From Candidatus Eiseniibacteriota bacterium (GTDB lineage Bacteria; Eisenbacteria; RBG-16-71-46; SZUA-252): 64,000 nucleotides of DNA. The stretch lies in NCBI GenBank assembly GCA_963703225.1, contig OY969801.1, positions 1,120,001-1,184,000 on the forward strand. Direction: 5' to 3'. Shown piece after piece: positions 8,318 to 17,799 of the stretch. The translations under genes were made by a program, and so were the position numbers. The notes under the pieces were generated by a model. That model worked only from the letters and a program-made list of their open reading frames with translations, did no database searches and was not told the origin of the DNA. Every line of letters begins with the position of its first letter. Positions within the stretch are counted from its first letter, which is position 1.

Positions 8318-10240
8318 ATGAACCGGGCAAGACTATTTGTACCGCTGCTTTTGGCCGTTCTGATCGTCGCGATTTCGGGGTCATTGCCGCCGGCCGCGAT
8401 TGGGGCCGCGGGCAAGATCAAGATCACCAAGCTCTCCGATTTGCCGCCCCACACCTATACGGTGTCGGGCAAGCCGAGCGTGATGGTTGAGGACGCGGCG
8501 GCCATGCTCGATTTGGCGGGACGCGTCGACGCCGACATCGTCAAAGATCTCAACACCTACGAGATCGAAGATCGCACGACCCTGAAGCGGTTCGCGGCTA
8601 CCCAGCTCTCGGTGGCGATGCTGCAGAAGAACTGGGACAAGGCCCGCACCCTGGTCGAGCAGATCCGCGACCTCGAGGACAAGCCGGCGGACAAGCTCAC
8701 GACGGGCCTCGTGATCCACGCGGTCATCGCAGCCAGTCAGGCGCCGCCGGACCAGGCGCACCAGACGGTTCGCGACGACCTCGGGAAATCCCTTGCCGCG
8801 CTTCCGTACGACGATGTGCGCGAGAAGATCAAAGAGGGGAAATCGCGCTCCGAGATCGTCTCCCGCAATCTCGTCATCGGCGGGATCGCGAGTCGCATTG
8901 ATACGGTCGCCGTCTCCGGAAAGCTGAGCCAGGACTTCGCCGCCGCGCTCCTGGGATCGGCGTTCACGTTGCAGTACTACATCCCGAATCAGCAAGACAT
9001 CGGGGCGGCCTATGCCGCCGTGCTGGACGCGCACCGCGAGGAGGTCAAGAAAGACATCTGGGGCGATCGGCAGGTGACGCTCGAGAAGGGCGCCGCGCTG
9101 ACGCCGGTCGTCATCGGAATTTGGGACTCAGGGGTCGATGTGGCCCTGTTCCCCTCGCAGCTCTGGGTGAACCAGAAAGAAGTGCCCGGCAACGGCAAGG
9201 ACGACGACAAGAACGGCTTTGTCGACGACGTGAACGGAATTGCCTGGACGCTCCACTCCGACCTCACGACGAGCCTTTTGATTCCCACCGATGAGCTGGG
9301 TCCGGACCCGGACCGGAACAAGGCCTACGTCAAAGGGCTATCCGACCTGCAGGCGAATCTGGACACCCCGGACGCGCAGGCGATCAAGAAGGCGCTCGCG
9401 GCTCTGCCCCAGGACCAGGTCAAGCCGTTCATCGAGGGGATCAATCACTACTCGCAGTATGCGCACGGCACCCACGTCGCCGGGATCGCCGCCCGCGGAA
9501 ACCCGGCGTGCCGGCTCTTGGCCTCCCGGATCACGTTCGACTACCACCTGATACCGGAGAACCCGACGGTGGAGCAGGCGAACAAGGACGCCGATGCGAT
9601 GGTCCGGACGGTTGCATACTTCAGCAAGCAGGGCGTCCGCGCGGTCAACATGAGCTGGGGCGGGGATCTCAAGTCGATCGACAATGCGCTGGAGCAGAAC
9701 AGCTACGCCGGCACCCCTGAGGAGCGCCGGGCGTTCGCCCGCAAGCTCTACGACATCGGCTACAAGGCGCTCGAGGGCGCGGTCCAGAAGGCGCCGAATA
9801 CGCTCTTCGTCATCGCCGCTGGAAACTCGGACAACGACGTCAAGTTTGACGAAGTGTTTCCCAGCTCATTCAAGCTTCCCAACGTTCTCGTCGTGGGCGC
9901 CGTGGATCAGGCGGGCGACCAGACGTCGTTCACGAGCTTTGGCCAGGTAGACGTCTACGCCAGCGGGTACGAGGTGGAAAGCACCGTACCGGGCGGCGAC
10001 CACATGAAGCTGAGCGGCACCAGCATGTCGGCGCCCCAGGTGGCGAACCTGGCCGGGCAGCTTTGGGCCGTTCACCCCAAGCTCTCGGTGGCCGAAGTGA
10101 AGCGATTGATCGTCGAAGGAGCCGATGCGAAGAAGGTTGGCGCTCACGACATCCGCCTCCTGAACCCCAAAGGAAGCCTCGCCCTGGCCTCCGCCGGTGG
10201 TTCGCCGGCGGGGCATACCGCGCCGTCCTCGGGGCGCTAG
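8318..10240 (+). CDS. Secreted S8 subtilisin-like serine protease
   Basis: Signal peptide; catalytic triad motifs WDSG, HGTHVAG, SGTSMSAP; oxyanion AAGN. Confidence 0.92.
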   Translation: MNRARLFVPLLLAVLIVAISGSLPPAAIGAAGKIKITKLSDLPPHTYTVSGKPSVMVEDAAAMLDLAGRVDADIVKDLNTYEIEDRTTLKRFAATQLSVAMLQKNWDKARTLVEQIRDLEDKPADKLTTGLVIHAVIAASQAPPDQAHQTVRDDLGKSLAALPYDDVREKIKEGKSRSEIVSRNLVIGGIASRIDTVAVSGKLSQDFAAALLGSAFTLQYYIPNQQDIGAAYAAVLDAHREEVKKDIWGDRQVTLEKGAALTPVVIGIWDSGVDVALFPSQLWVNQKEVPGNGKDDDKNGFVDDVNGIAWTLHSDLTTSLLIPTDELGPDPDRNKAYVKGLSDLQANLDTPDAQAIKKALAALPQDQVKPFIEGINHYSQYAHGTHVAGIAARGNPACRLLASRITFDYHLIPENPTVEQANKDADAMVRTVAYFSKQGVRAVNMSWGGDLKSIDNALEQNSYAGTPEERRAFARKLYDIGYKALEGAVQKAPNTLFVIAAGNSDNDVKFDEVFPSSFKLPNVLVVGAVDQAGDQTSFTSFGQVDVYASGYEVESTVPGGDHMKLSGTSMSAPQVANLAGQLWAVHPKLSVAEVKRLIVEGADAKKVGAHDIRLLNPKGSLALASAGGSPAGHTAPSSGR

Positions 10241-10263
10241 TCCCCTTTAAGCAAGGAGAGCGA

Positions 10264-10794
10264 ATGCTCATCAGCGACAAGATGGCCGCGGCCATCAATA
10301 CGCAAATCGGAAACGAGTTTGGGGCCAGCCTCCAGTACGTTTCGATTGGGGCCCATTTCGGCAGCGAGAACCTGCCGGAGCTGTCAAAGCACTTCCACAA
10401 GCAGGCGATGGAGGAGAAGGACCACGCCCTGCGGCTCGTGAACTACGTGGTCGATGCAGGCGGCCGTGTCGTGATTCCGGCCATCCCCGCGCCCAAGGCA
10501 GGTTTCAAGAGCGCGGAAGAGGCCGTCCAGCTCTCGCTCGATTGGGAGGTCACGGTCACCAAGCAGATCAGCGGCCTGGTCGATCTCTCGATCAAGGAGA
10601 ACGATCACATCACGAGGAATTTTCTCCAGTGGTTCGTCAACGAGCAGCTGGAGGAAGTGTCGAGCATGGAGACGCTCCTGAGCATCGTCAAACGGGCCGG
10701 AGAGAGCGGATTGCTGTTCGTGGAGGACTACTTGTCCCGGCGTGGGGGGCTTGGCGCCCCCGCGAGCACGGCCGGCGCGGGAGCCGAGGCGTAG
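10264..10794 (+). CDS. Non-heme ferritin
   Basis: QIGNEF…Y, EEKDHA, FLQWFVNEQLEEV ferroxidase pattern; AGGAG RBS before ATG 10264. Confidence 0.9.
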   Translation: MLISDKMAAAINTQIGNEFGASLQYVSIGAHFGSENLPELSKHFHKQAMEEKDHALRLVNYVVDAGGRVVIPAIPAPKAGFKSAEEAVQLSLDWEVTVTKQISGLVDLSIKENDHITRNFLQWFVNEQLEEVSSMETLLSIVKRAGESGLLFVEDYLSRRGGLGAPASTAGAGAEA

Positions 10795-10796
10795 AA

Positions 10797-10831
10797 GAAG
10801 CCCTCGCGAGAATATCTCCCGCGAGGGCTTC
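10797..10831. terminator. Hairpin between convergent genes, likely bidirectional terminator
   Basis: GAAGCCCTCGCG…CGCGAGGGCTTC 12-bp stem. Confidence 0.6.
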
Positions 10832-10880
10832 AACATTCATGAGCACCGGATCCGCCCTCTCAGGGGCGGCCCATCAAGAC

Positions 10881-13760
10881 CTAGTTCGAGCCTCCCGGGC
10901 TCGACGACGACGATCCGCCGCCCGCGGGCACTTCCTTCCCGTCCGCGTCCCGATAGGCGACCGTTCCCAGGTTCAGCTTGCCGATCTGCGGGTCGATCTT
11001 GCTCCGATCGCCCACCGCGACGACGACCATCCGCTCGGGCACGAGGTGCTTCTTCGCCACGTCCAGGACATCGGTCGCGGTGATCGCATCAACTCGGCCC
11101 GGCAGCGTCTGGTAGTAGTCGAGAGGCAGGTCGTACATGTAGATCGAAGCCATCGTTCCGGCCGTGGTCGACGTGGTCTCGAAGTTCGCCGGGAGCGACC
11201 GGATGATCGACTGCTTGGCCAGCTTCAGCTCCTCGCCGGTCACGCCGCCGTCCCGAATCTTGGTGACCTCCTTCAAGATCTCATCGATCGACGGACCGGT
11301 CGCGTCTCCACGGACCGCGGCGCCCGCCATGAGCGGCCCGACGCCCCGATTCTGGCCGATAAACGAGAACGCGCCGTAGCTGTAGCCTTTGTCCTCGCGG
11401 AGATTCAAGTTGATGCGGCTCGAGAAGAGCCCACCGAGGACCGTGTTCATCACGTCCAGCTTCTCGTAGTCGGGATCCGAGCGCTTCACGCCCATTTGCC
11501 CCGCCAGGACCATCGTCTGGTTCGAGCCCGGCCTGTCCACGACCACGATGCGGGAGTCGACGGTCGTTCCCGCCGGCGGAATCGCCGCCGGGGTGGCGAC
11601 GCCCTTCCAGGAGCCAAACGATTCCTGGGCCAGCTTCTTGGCCTCGGACTCGGTGACGTCGCCGACCACGATGAGGGCGGCGTTCTTGGGGCTGAACGTC
11701 GACTGGTAGAGCTTCACGAGGTCGGCCCGCGTCATCTTCTTCAGCGCATCCTCGGTGCCGAGCTGGGTATGGCCGTACGGGTGCCCGGGGCCGAAGAGGC
11801 ACGCGTTCATGACGCGAAGCGCGGTGGGCCACTGCTGATCGCGCTGCTGGAGTAAGGAGGTCAAACGGTCGTTCCGGATCCGCTCCACTTCCTTGTCCGG
11901 GAATGCCGGGTTCAGGACGACGTCGGAGAGAATGGACATGGCCGCGTTCGCGTTCTGCTTCAACGAGCGCACCGACGCGCTGCTCCCGTCCGTCTGGGTC
12001 CCCGTATTCAGCGAGGCGCCCATCGCGTAGACCTCGTTCGCGATCTGGAGCGCGTCCCGCTTCGCCGTCCCCTCGTCCAGCATCGCCGCCGTGAATCCGG
12101 CCAAGCCGGGGAGGTCGGCCGGATCGGCCGCGCTCCCGGAGCGAAGGACGACGTTGGCCGCGACGATCGGGAGGTGGTGTGCCTCGACGACGTAGAGCGC
12201 CATCCCGTTCGAAAGCTCCAGGCGCTTGGCCGAGGGGAGCTGTGCCTTGGCTTCGGGACCCGGTCCCGGCATCGTGTTCCGCCACGGCTCCTTCGACTCG
12301 ACCTTCGCGGTCTCCTTGTCCGGCTTCGGCGGCGCCGGCGGATCGGGCGGCAGCTTCTTGTCGCCCGGCACCGCGTAGACCACCACGCGGGCTTCCTTCT
12401 TGAGCTGCTCGTTGACGAATTTCTTCGAGGCCTCCGGGGTCACCGCTGCGTACCGAGCGAGGTCCTTGTTCAGGTACCCCGGGTCCTGGAGGTGCTGGTT
12501 GTACATGTTCAGCCGATCGGCAACGCCGGAGAAGCCGCCAAACTCCTCCAGGCTGGTCACCGTGCCCGAGTAGGTCGAGGTCTGGGTCGCGGCGACCTCC
12601 TCGGCGGTGGGGCCGCTGGCCGCGTACTTCGCGAGCTCCTCGTCGATCGCCTTCTCCACCTCGTCGGTGGTCTTGTCGGGCTTGACGGTCGCGGTGATCT
12701 GGAACACCGAGCCCAACTTCAGCGACTGCTGGGAGACCGAGACGTCCTGGCAAAGCCGCTTGTCGTAGACGAGCGACTTGTAGAGCCGGCTGGCCTTGCC
12801 GCCGCCGAGAATCTGGGCGGTGACGATCGCCTCGGCGTCGCCCGGCTTGAAGATCGGGGAGGTGATCCACGCCATGTAGACGCGTGAGAGCGTGATCTTG
12901 TCGGGCACGGTGATCCGGCGCTCCGAGGTGATCGGGGGAGTGGTCGCCGTGATCGGCGGCACCGGCTCGCCGCGCGGGATCGAGCCGTAGTACTTCTCGA
13001 CCAGCTTCTTCGTGGCCGCCTTGTCGATGTCGCCGACGATCACCAGGCTCGCGTTGTTCGGACAGTAGTAGCGGCGGAAGAAGTCCTTTACGTCCTCGAG
13101 CTTGGCCGCCTGCACGTCCTCGTGCGAGCCGATCACGACCGCGTAGTAGGGGTGACCCTTGGGGAACATCGTGTGCCACATCTCTTCTTCGACCAGCTGA
13201 TAGGGCGCGTTCTCCACGCTCTGCCGGCGCTCGTTCCGCACCACGTCCTGCTGGTTGGCGAGCGAGGCATCGTCGACCCGATCGAGGAGGAATCCCATCC
13301 GGTCGCTCTCCAGCCAGAGCGCCAGCTCCAGCTGATTCGCAGGGAGATCCTCCATGTAGTTGGTGCGGTCGAAGTCGGTCGTTCCGTTGATGAACGAGGC
13401 GCCGGCTCCTTCCAGATCCTTCCAGATCTCGTCCTCCGGAACGTGCCCCGATGACTGGAACATCATGTGCTCGAAGAGGTGGGCGAACCCGGTGCGGCCC
13501 ACGGTTTCATTCGCAGGGCCGACGTGGTACCACGTGTTCACCGCCACCAGGGGCAGGCGGTGATCCTCGCGAAGGATCACGTCCAGGCCGTTCGGAAGGG
13601 TGTACTTCTCGTAGTCCATCTTCACCGTCGGCGGCTTGACGCCGGCCGAGGCGGTGGGGGCGAGCGACGCGGTCACCATCGCGATGGTCAAGAGAAACGC
13701 GACGGCGAGCGGGGCGCGGCCAATAATTCGGGTACGATGCGGCCTCGACGACGATTCCAT
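10881..13760 (-). CDS. M16 (pitrilysin-family) zinc peptidase, two fused halves, secreted
   Basis: GFAHLFEH (HxxEH), NGTT, second inactive half with LREDKGYSYG; ATG 13760 with AGGAG RBS. Confidence 0.92.
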   Translation of the reverse strand: MESSSRPHRTRIIGRAPLAVAFLLTIAMVTASLAPTASAGVKPPTVKMDYEKYTLPNGLDVILREDHRLPLVAVNTWYHVGPANETVGRTGFAHLFEHMMFQSSGHVPEDEIWKDLEGAGASFINGTTDFDRTNYMEDLPANQLELALWLESDRMGFLLDRVDDASLANQQDVVRNERRQSVENAPYQLVEEEMWHTMFPKGHPYYAVVIGSHEDVQAAKLEDVKDFFRRYYCPNNASLVIVGDIDKAATKKLVEKYYGSIPRGEPVPPITATTPPITSERRITVPDKITLSRVYMAWITSPIFKPGDAEAIVTAQILGGGKASRLYKSLVYDKRLCQDVSVSQQSLKLGSVFQITATVKPDKTTDEVEKAIDEELAKYAASGPTAEEVAATQTSTYSGTVTSLEEFGGFSGVADRLNMYNQHLQDPGYLNKDLARYAAVTPEASKKFVNEQLKKEARVVVYAVPGDKKLPPDPPAPPKPDKETAKVESKEPWRNTMPGPGPEAKAQLPSAKRLELSNGMALYVVEAHHLPIVAANVVLRSGSAADPADLPGLAGFTAAMLDEGTAKRDALQIANEVYAMGASLNTGTQTDGSSASVRSLKQNANAAMSILSDVVLNPAFPDKEVERIRNDRLTSLLQQRDQQWPTALRVMNACLFGPGHPYGHTQLGTEDALKKMTRADLVKLYQSTFSPKNAALIVVGDVTESEAKKLAQESFGSWKGVATPAAIPPAGTTVDSRIVVVDRPGSNQTMVLAGQMGVKRSDPDYEKLDVMNTVLGGLFSSRINLNLREDKGYSYGAFSFIGQNRGVGPLMAGAAVRGDATGPSIDEILKEVTKIRDGGVTGEELKLAKQSIIRSLPANFETTSTTAGTMASIYMYDLPLDYYQTLPGRVDAITATDVLDVAKKHLVPERMVVVAVGDRSKIDPQIGKLNLGTVAYRDADGKEVPAGGGSSSSSPGGSN

Positions 13761-13800
13761 GAAGGTTCTCCTGGTTGAATGGGGGTCATAGGCGCGGGGA

Positions 13801-15414
13801 ATGAAATCAATACGCAATAAGCGGTTGCAATGTTCCGGGAAACGCTCCGCGCTGTCAAGGACGGTCGCCAGGGCGCGGGAATGGGGAGGGAGGCTCTCGA
13901 TCGGTCCTGCTGCAGTCGCGGCGGCCCTGGTCTTCTTCGCGCCGGCCGCCATGGGAACGCCCGCGGGCGTGGACACGACCGGCCCGGTGGCGGTCGAAAA
14001 CGCCCGCCCGGGCAGCAAGGATTGGCAGCTCTCAAGACCAGCAACGAATAGGGAAATAGAAGGTTACGCCTCCGCCGCGAGCGTCCGGCCGGGACAAACT
14101 CTGGATATCCACGTCAGCACGACATCCCAAAGCTTTGACATCGAGATCTTCCGACTTGGTTGGTATGCGGCGCTCGGCGCTCGAAAGATATCCGGCGCGA
14201 AGAACCTCCCCGGCGGGCGGAGGGCGACCCCGCAGCCGCGGAGTGAGGACGGGCTGGTCGAGTGCCGATGGCCGCTCTCCTACTCCCTGCAGGTGGGGAA
14301 CGATTGGGTGAGCGGGGTCTACCTGGCCCGGCTCACCGCCGGCGGGAGCGGGCGCCAGTCGTTCGTCCCCTTTGTCGTTCGGGAGGGCTCCACCGGGCGT
14401 CGCGCGCCGCTTCTCTTTCAGTGCTCCGTCACAACCTGGCAGGCCTACAACAACTGGGGTGGGAAGAGCCTCTACGATTTCAACAGCGCGGGCGGAGTCC
14501 GCGCCCGTCGGGTCTCGTTCAACCGCCCGTATGGATCGGGTCCCAAGGCGTGGGTTGGTGTCGGCGCGGGCGAGCTTCTCACGTGCGCGCACGCGCCGCG
14601 TCCCGGAGCTTGGGAGTACCCGATGCTCCGCTGGCTAGAGCGGTCGGGCTACGACGTGGCCTACGCGACCAACCTCGACATGCATTCGGATCCGGACGTC
14701 TTCACGGGGCGGCGGGCCCTCCTCATCGTGGGCCACGATGAGTATTGGTCGCGGGCCATGCGCACCAACATCGAGGCGGCCCGGGACCGGGGCATCCACC
14801 TCGGGATTTTCGCCGCCAACGTCGGGTACTGGCAGATCCGCATGGAGCCTTCGCCCTGGGGCGGCGGGGACCGGGTCATGTTCTGCGCCAAGGACGCGGA
14901 GCTCGATTCGGTCTACGACACCGAGGCCGACGCCGATCTCACCGTGCGCTTTCGGGACCTCCACCCACGAAGGCCAGAGGTGTCCTTGGTGGGAATGATG
15001 ATCTCCGGCGAGGACGTGCAGACCGACTTCGTCCCGCTCCCCGCCCAGCGCGAGCACTGGGTGTTTCAGGGGACGACGATCGCCAAGGGCTCGACCCGGC
15101 TTTTGCCGGGCCTCGGGGGCTACGAGGTGGACCGGTCCTTTGCCGACGATTCGCTCTTCGCCCGGTGGTCCCCTCCAGGGCTCACGGTCCTCGCTCGGGC
15201 CCCGATCGTCTCATCCAACGGGCACCCGTCGGTGACGGAGACGACCGTCTACACCGCTCCCTCGGGAGCGATCGTGTTCTCCACGGGGACGATGCAGTGG
15301 TCCTGGGGGCTGGACAACTGGGGGGCGCCCGCGCTCCACCGCCGGTATCGCCACCCCGACGTCGAGCGGATTACGCGGAATGTACTGGAAGCGTTCTTCC
15401 GCGGTAGCGGGTGA
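13801..15414 (+). CDS. N,N-dimethylformamidase beta-subunit-like domain protein (start uncertain, probably secreted)
   Basis: Motifs ENARPG…W, IEGYA, TWQAYNNWGGKSLY, VSFNRPY, GHDEYWS, GYEVD, GTMQWSWGLD. Confidence 0.75.
   Translation: MKSIRNKRLQCSGKRSALSRTVARAREWGGRLSIGPAAVAAALVFFAPAAMGTPAGVDTTGPVAVENARPGSKDWQLSRPATNREIEGYASAASVRPGQTLDIHVSTTSQSFDIEIFRLGWYAALGARKISGAKNLPGGRRATPQPRSEDGLVECRWPLSYSLQVGNDWVSGVYLARLTAGGSGRQSFVPFVVREGSTGRRAPLLFQCSVTTWQAYNNWGGKSLYDFNSAGGVRARRVSFNRPYGSGPKAWVGVGAGELLTCAHAPRPGAWEYPMLRWLERSGYDVAYATNLDMHSDPDVFTGRRALLIVGHDEYWSRAMRTNIEAARDRGIHLGIFAANVGYWQIRMEPSPWGGGDRVMFCAKDAELDSVYDTEADADLTVRFRDLHPRRPEVSLVGMMISGEDVQTDFVPLPAQREHWVFQGTTIAKGSTRLLPGLGGYEVDRSFADDSLFARWSPPGLTVLARAPIVSSNGHPSVTETTVYTAPSGAIVFSTGTMQWSWGLDNWGAPALHRRYRHPDVERITRNVLEAFFRGSG
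13830..13858 (-). promoter_or_regulatory. Putative sigma70 promoter for the M16 peptidase gene
   Basis: Minus strand TTGACA-17bp-GAACAT. Confidence 0.4.
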
Positions 15415-16426
15415 CCGCCAGGTCGACGATCTCTTCGATGAGGTCCGGTAGCTCGCGTCCCGATTCCCGGGCCGCGAGCGCGAACTCGGCCGTCGAGTGA
15501 AGCCACGGGTTGGGGTTCACCTCGAGGGCGAAGACCGTGCCGTCCGCCGCCAGCCGGAAATCGACCCGGCCATAATCGCGGATCTCGAGCGCGCGGAAGG
15601 CGGTGACGGCGACCTCCTGAAGCTCCGTCAAGGTCGCCTCGGGCAGATCGCTCGGGATCCGGAGCTTGGTCTTCTGATAGGCCGCGGTGCCGCGCTCCCA
15701 CTTCACCTCGGTCCCCGCGATCCGAGGTGTTCCCGCCGGCAGATCCGATAGGTTCAGCTCCACGACCGGGAGGGCCTCCGGGGGATCGTTCCCGAGCACC
15801 GAAACGTAGAGCTCCCGCCCTTCGATGTATTCCTCGATCAGGACCGGCGAGTCGAGGTCGGCGTGGATGGCGTCGATCCGCTCCATCATCTCCTTGATCG
15901 ACCCGACGACCGCGTTGAACTCGATCCCGATCGATCCGTCCTCGCGCTTCGGCTTGACGATCACGGGAAACTGGAGGTCGTCGGACCACTGGAGGCGCCC
16001 CTTATAGACCGTCGCGAAATGGGGGGTCCGGATCCCGTGAAACTGAAAGAGCCGTTTCGCGACCGCCTTGTCCTGGGCCAGGTGGAGCCCCGATGGCCCC
16101 GATCCGGTATAGGGAATTCCCAAGAGGTCGAGATAGGCCGCGATGTTGATGTCCTTGGTGTCGTCCCCGGCGTAGGACTCGGTGAGGTTGAACACCAGCT
16201 CGAAATCGGCACCCGCGAGGGCCTTGAGCGAGCGCGCGCGCCCATCCAGGCAGTGGAAGGCGGGCCTGTGGCCGCGCTTCTCGAGAACGTCGAAGATCTC
16301 TTCCCGGTCGCTCTTTTCGCGCCGCTTGCCCGCCGGCCTGCCGGCCCCTGTCGGAGCCGGCGCCTCCTCCTGGTCTTCGAACCAGGCGTCGTAGAGGATC
16401 CCGATCTTGAGCGGGGGAGCGACCAT
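15371..16426 (-). CDS. D-Ala-D-Ala ligase-like ATP-grasp enzyme
   Basis: LGIPYTGS…DK, IVKP…GSIGI, EEYIEGRE, RVDFR, LEVNPNP. Confidence 0.85.
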   Translation of the reverse strand: MVAPPLKIGILYDAWFEDQEEAPAPTGAGRPAGKRREKSDREEIFDVLEKRGHRPAFHCLDGRARSLKALAGADFELVFNLTESYAGDDTKDINIAAYLDLLGIPYTGSGPSGLHLAQDKAVAKRLFQFHGIRTPHFATVYKGRLQWSDDLQFPVIVKPKREDGSIGIEFNAVVGSIKEMMERIDAIHADLDSPVLIEEYIEGRELYVSVLGNDPPEALPVVELNLSDLPAGTPRIAGTEVKWERGTAAYQKTKLRIPSDLPEATLTELQEVAVTAFRALEIRDYGRVDFRLAADGTVFALEVNPNPWLHSTAEFALAARESGRELPDLIEEIVDLAVTRYRGRTLPVHSA

Positions 16427-16469
16427 ACGGGCGCAGTCTACCACCCGCGGGCAACGTGAAAAAAAGTGC

Positions 16470-16498
16470 TTTACAACACCCCAGCACCCGCCGATACT
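16470..16498 (+). promoter_or_regulatory. Sigma70-type promoter of the cold-shock gene
   Basis: TTTACA-17bp-GATACT with an upstream A-tract (UP-like). Confidence 0.6.
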
Positions 16499-16688
16499 CA
16501 TTTCAGTTGCCTGACGGTAGTTCGTAGCACGCAGTGCGTGACTGGTCGCCGCAGGAGAGACTTCCTGCGGCTTTGCTGTATCTGGTCGATTCGTCGACCG
16601 GTGGGCCCGACCAAGGTGGCCGGGCCGTGCCGCCCGAGAGGCGGCGTGGTGGGGTTCTAAGCACCCCGTAGTAGAAGGAGCAGAATCA

Positions 16689-16889
16689 GTGGCGAACGGA
16701 ACGGTGAAGTGGTTCAACGAGGCGAAGGGCTTTGGTTTCATCCAGCAAGAGGGTGGCGAGGACGTTTTCGTTCACTACTCGGCAATCCAGGGCGAAGGCT
16801 TCAAGACGCTGGCCGAAGGCGAGCGCTTGGAGTTCGATATCGTCCGGGGCCCGAAGGGCCTCCAGGCTGCGAACGTCCGTAGGGCGTAA
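16689..16889 (+). CDS. Cold-shock protein (CspA family)
   Basis: GTVKWFN, KGFGFI (RNP1), DVFVHYSAI (RNP2); AAGGAG RBS, GTG start. Confidence 0.97.
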   Translation: MANGTVKWFNEAKGFGFIQQEGGEDVFVHYSAIQGEGFKTLAEGERLEFDIVRGPKGLQAANVRRA

Positions 16890-16919
16890 GTAGCCGAAGA
16901 ATCACGGAACCTCAGTCGT

Positions 16920-16957
16920 GAGGCGGGGCGGCGCCGAAGGGCGTTCGCCCCGCTCTC
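16920..16957 (+). terminator. Hairpin downstream of csp, putative terminator
   Basis: GCGGGGCG…CGCCCCGC stem followed by a short T tract. Confidence 0.45.
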
Positions 16958-17072
16958 GTTAGTCGGCGCTGGCGCGAAGGAGAGAGGCCCCGTCACCCAC
17001 CCCACTCCAAACCCATCCACGCTCTACTCGAGCCCCGAAATCTACGACGTCGCGTTCGGCTGGGATCTGCGC

Positions 17073-17795
17073 TTGGAGATGGACTTCCTCGAAGCCTGCT
17101 GGGCGACCCACGTCGAAGGCCCGGTCCGGCGCATCCTCGAACCCGCCTCCGGCACGGGACGCATCCTCCACGCCCTGGCGGAGCGCGGCTATGACGTCGT
17201 CGGCTATGACCGGAGCCCGGAGATGGTCGCCTTTGCCGCGGGCCGTCTGGCAGGCCTTGGCGGAAAGCTCCACCGCGGCGACATGGCCACGTTCAAACCC
17301 CCCGGGCGGTTCGACGTGGCGATCAACCTGGTCAACTCGATCAACTATCTCCTGGAGGAAGCCGAACTCACCGCACATCTGAAGTTGGTGGCCGAGGCGC
17401 TTCGCGCGGGCGGGATTTACATCGTCCAGTTCAGCTACGGCGACGAGCCCCCGGAGCTGGCGACGTTTGGTCCGTGGGAGAATCGACGGAATGATCTCAC
17501 CACGCGGCTGACGTGGCGCGTCCTCAGGGAAGACGCCGAGGCGCGACGCTCCTATCAGGAATGCCGGATCACCGCGACCCGGGGAGGGGAGACGGTCGAG
17601 CTCACGGAGGAGCACATCCTGCGTCTATGGACGCAGGACGACTTCGATCGGGCGATCGATTCGAGCCCATTCGAATTGATCGCCGTCTATCACGACCGAT
17701 TCGATCCGTTCCCGATCGACCTTCCGAGGACGGGAGCCCACGGCAATCTCTATCACGTACTCGCGCGCCGGGGACAGGGACGGCGGGACCGCTAG
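17073..17795 (+). CDS. Class I SAM-dependent methyltransferase (true start probably near 16992)
   Basis: ILEPASGTGR motif I, GYDRSPEM, GDM; the frame stays open upstream and encodes LYSSPEIYDVAFGWD. Confidence 0.8.
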   Translation: MEMDFLEACWATHVEGPVRRILEPASGTGRILHALAERGYDVVGYDRSPEMVAFAAGRLAGLGGKLHRGDMATFKPPGRFDVAINLVNSINYLLEEAELTAHLKLVAEALRAGGIYIVQFSYGDEPPELATFGPWENRRNDLTTRLTWRVLREDAEARRSYQECRITATRGGETVELTEEHILRLWTQDDFDRAIDSSPFELIAVYHDRFDPFPIDLPRTGAHGNLYHVLARRGQGRRDR

Positions 17796-17799
17796 GTGG

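Noticed and set aside
10740..10794. Ferritin C-terminal tail as an encapsulin targeting peptide
   Set aside because: The Gly/Ala-rich tail lacks the L-x-[IV]-G-[ST]-L type motif and no encapsulin gene is nearby.
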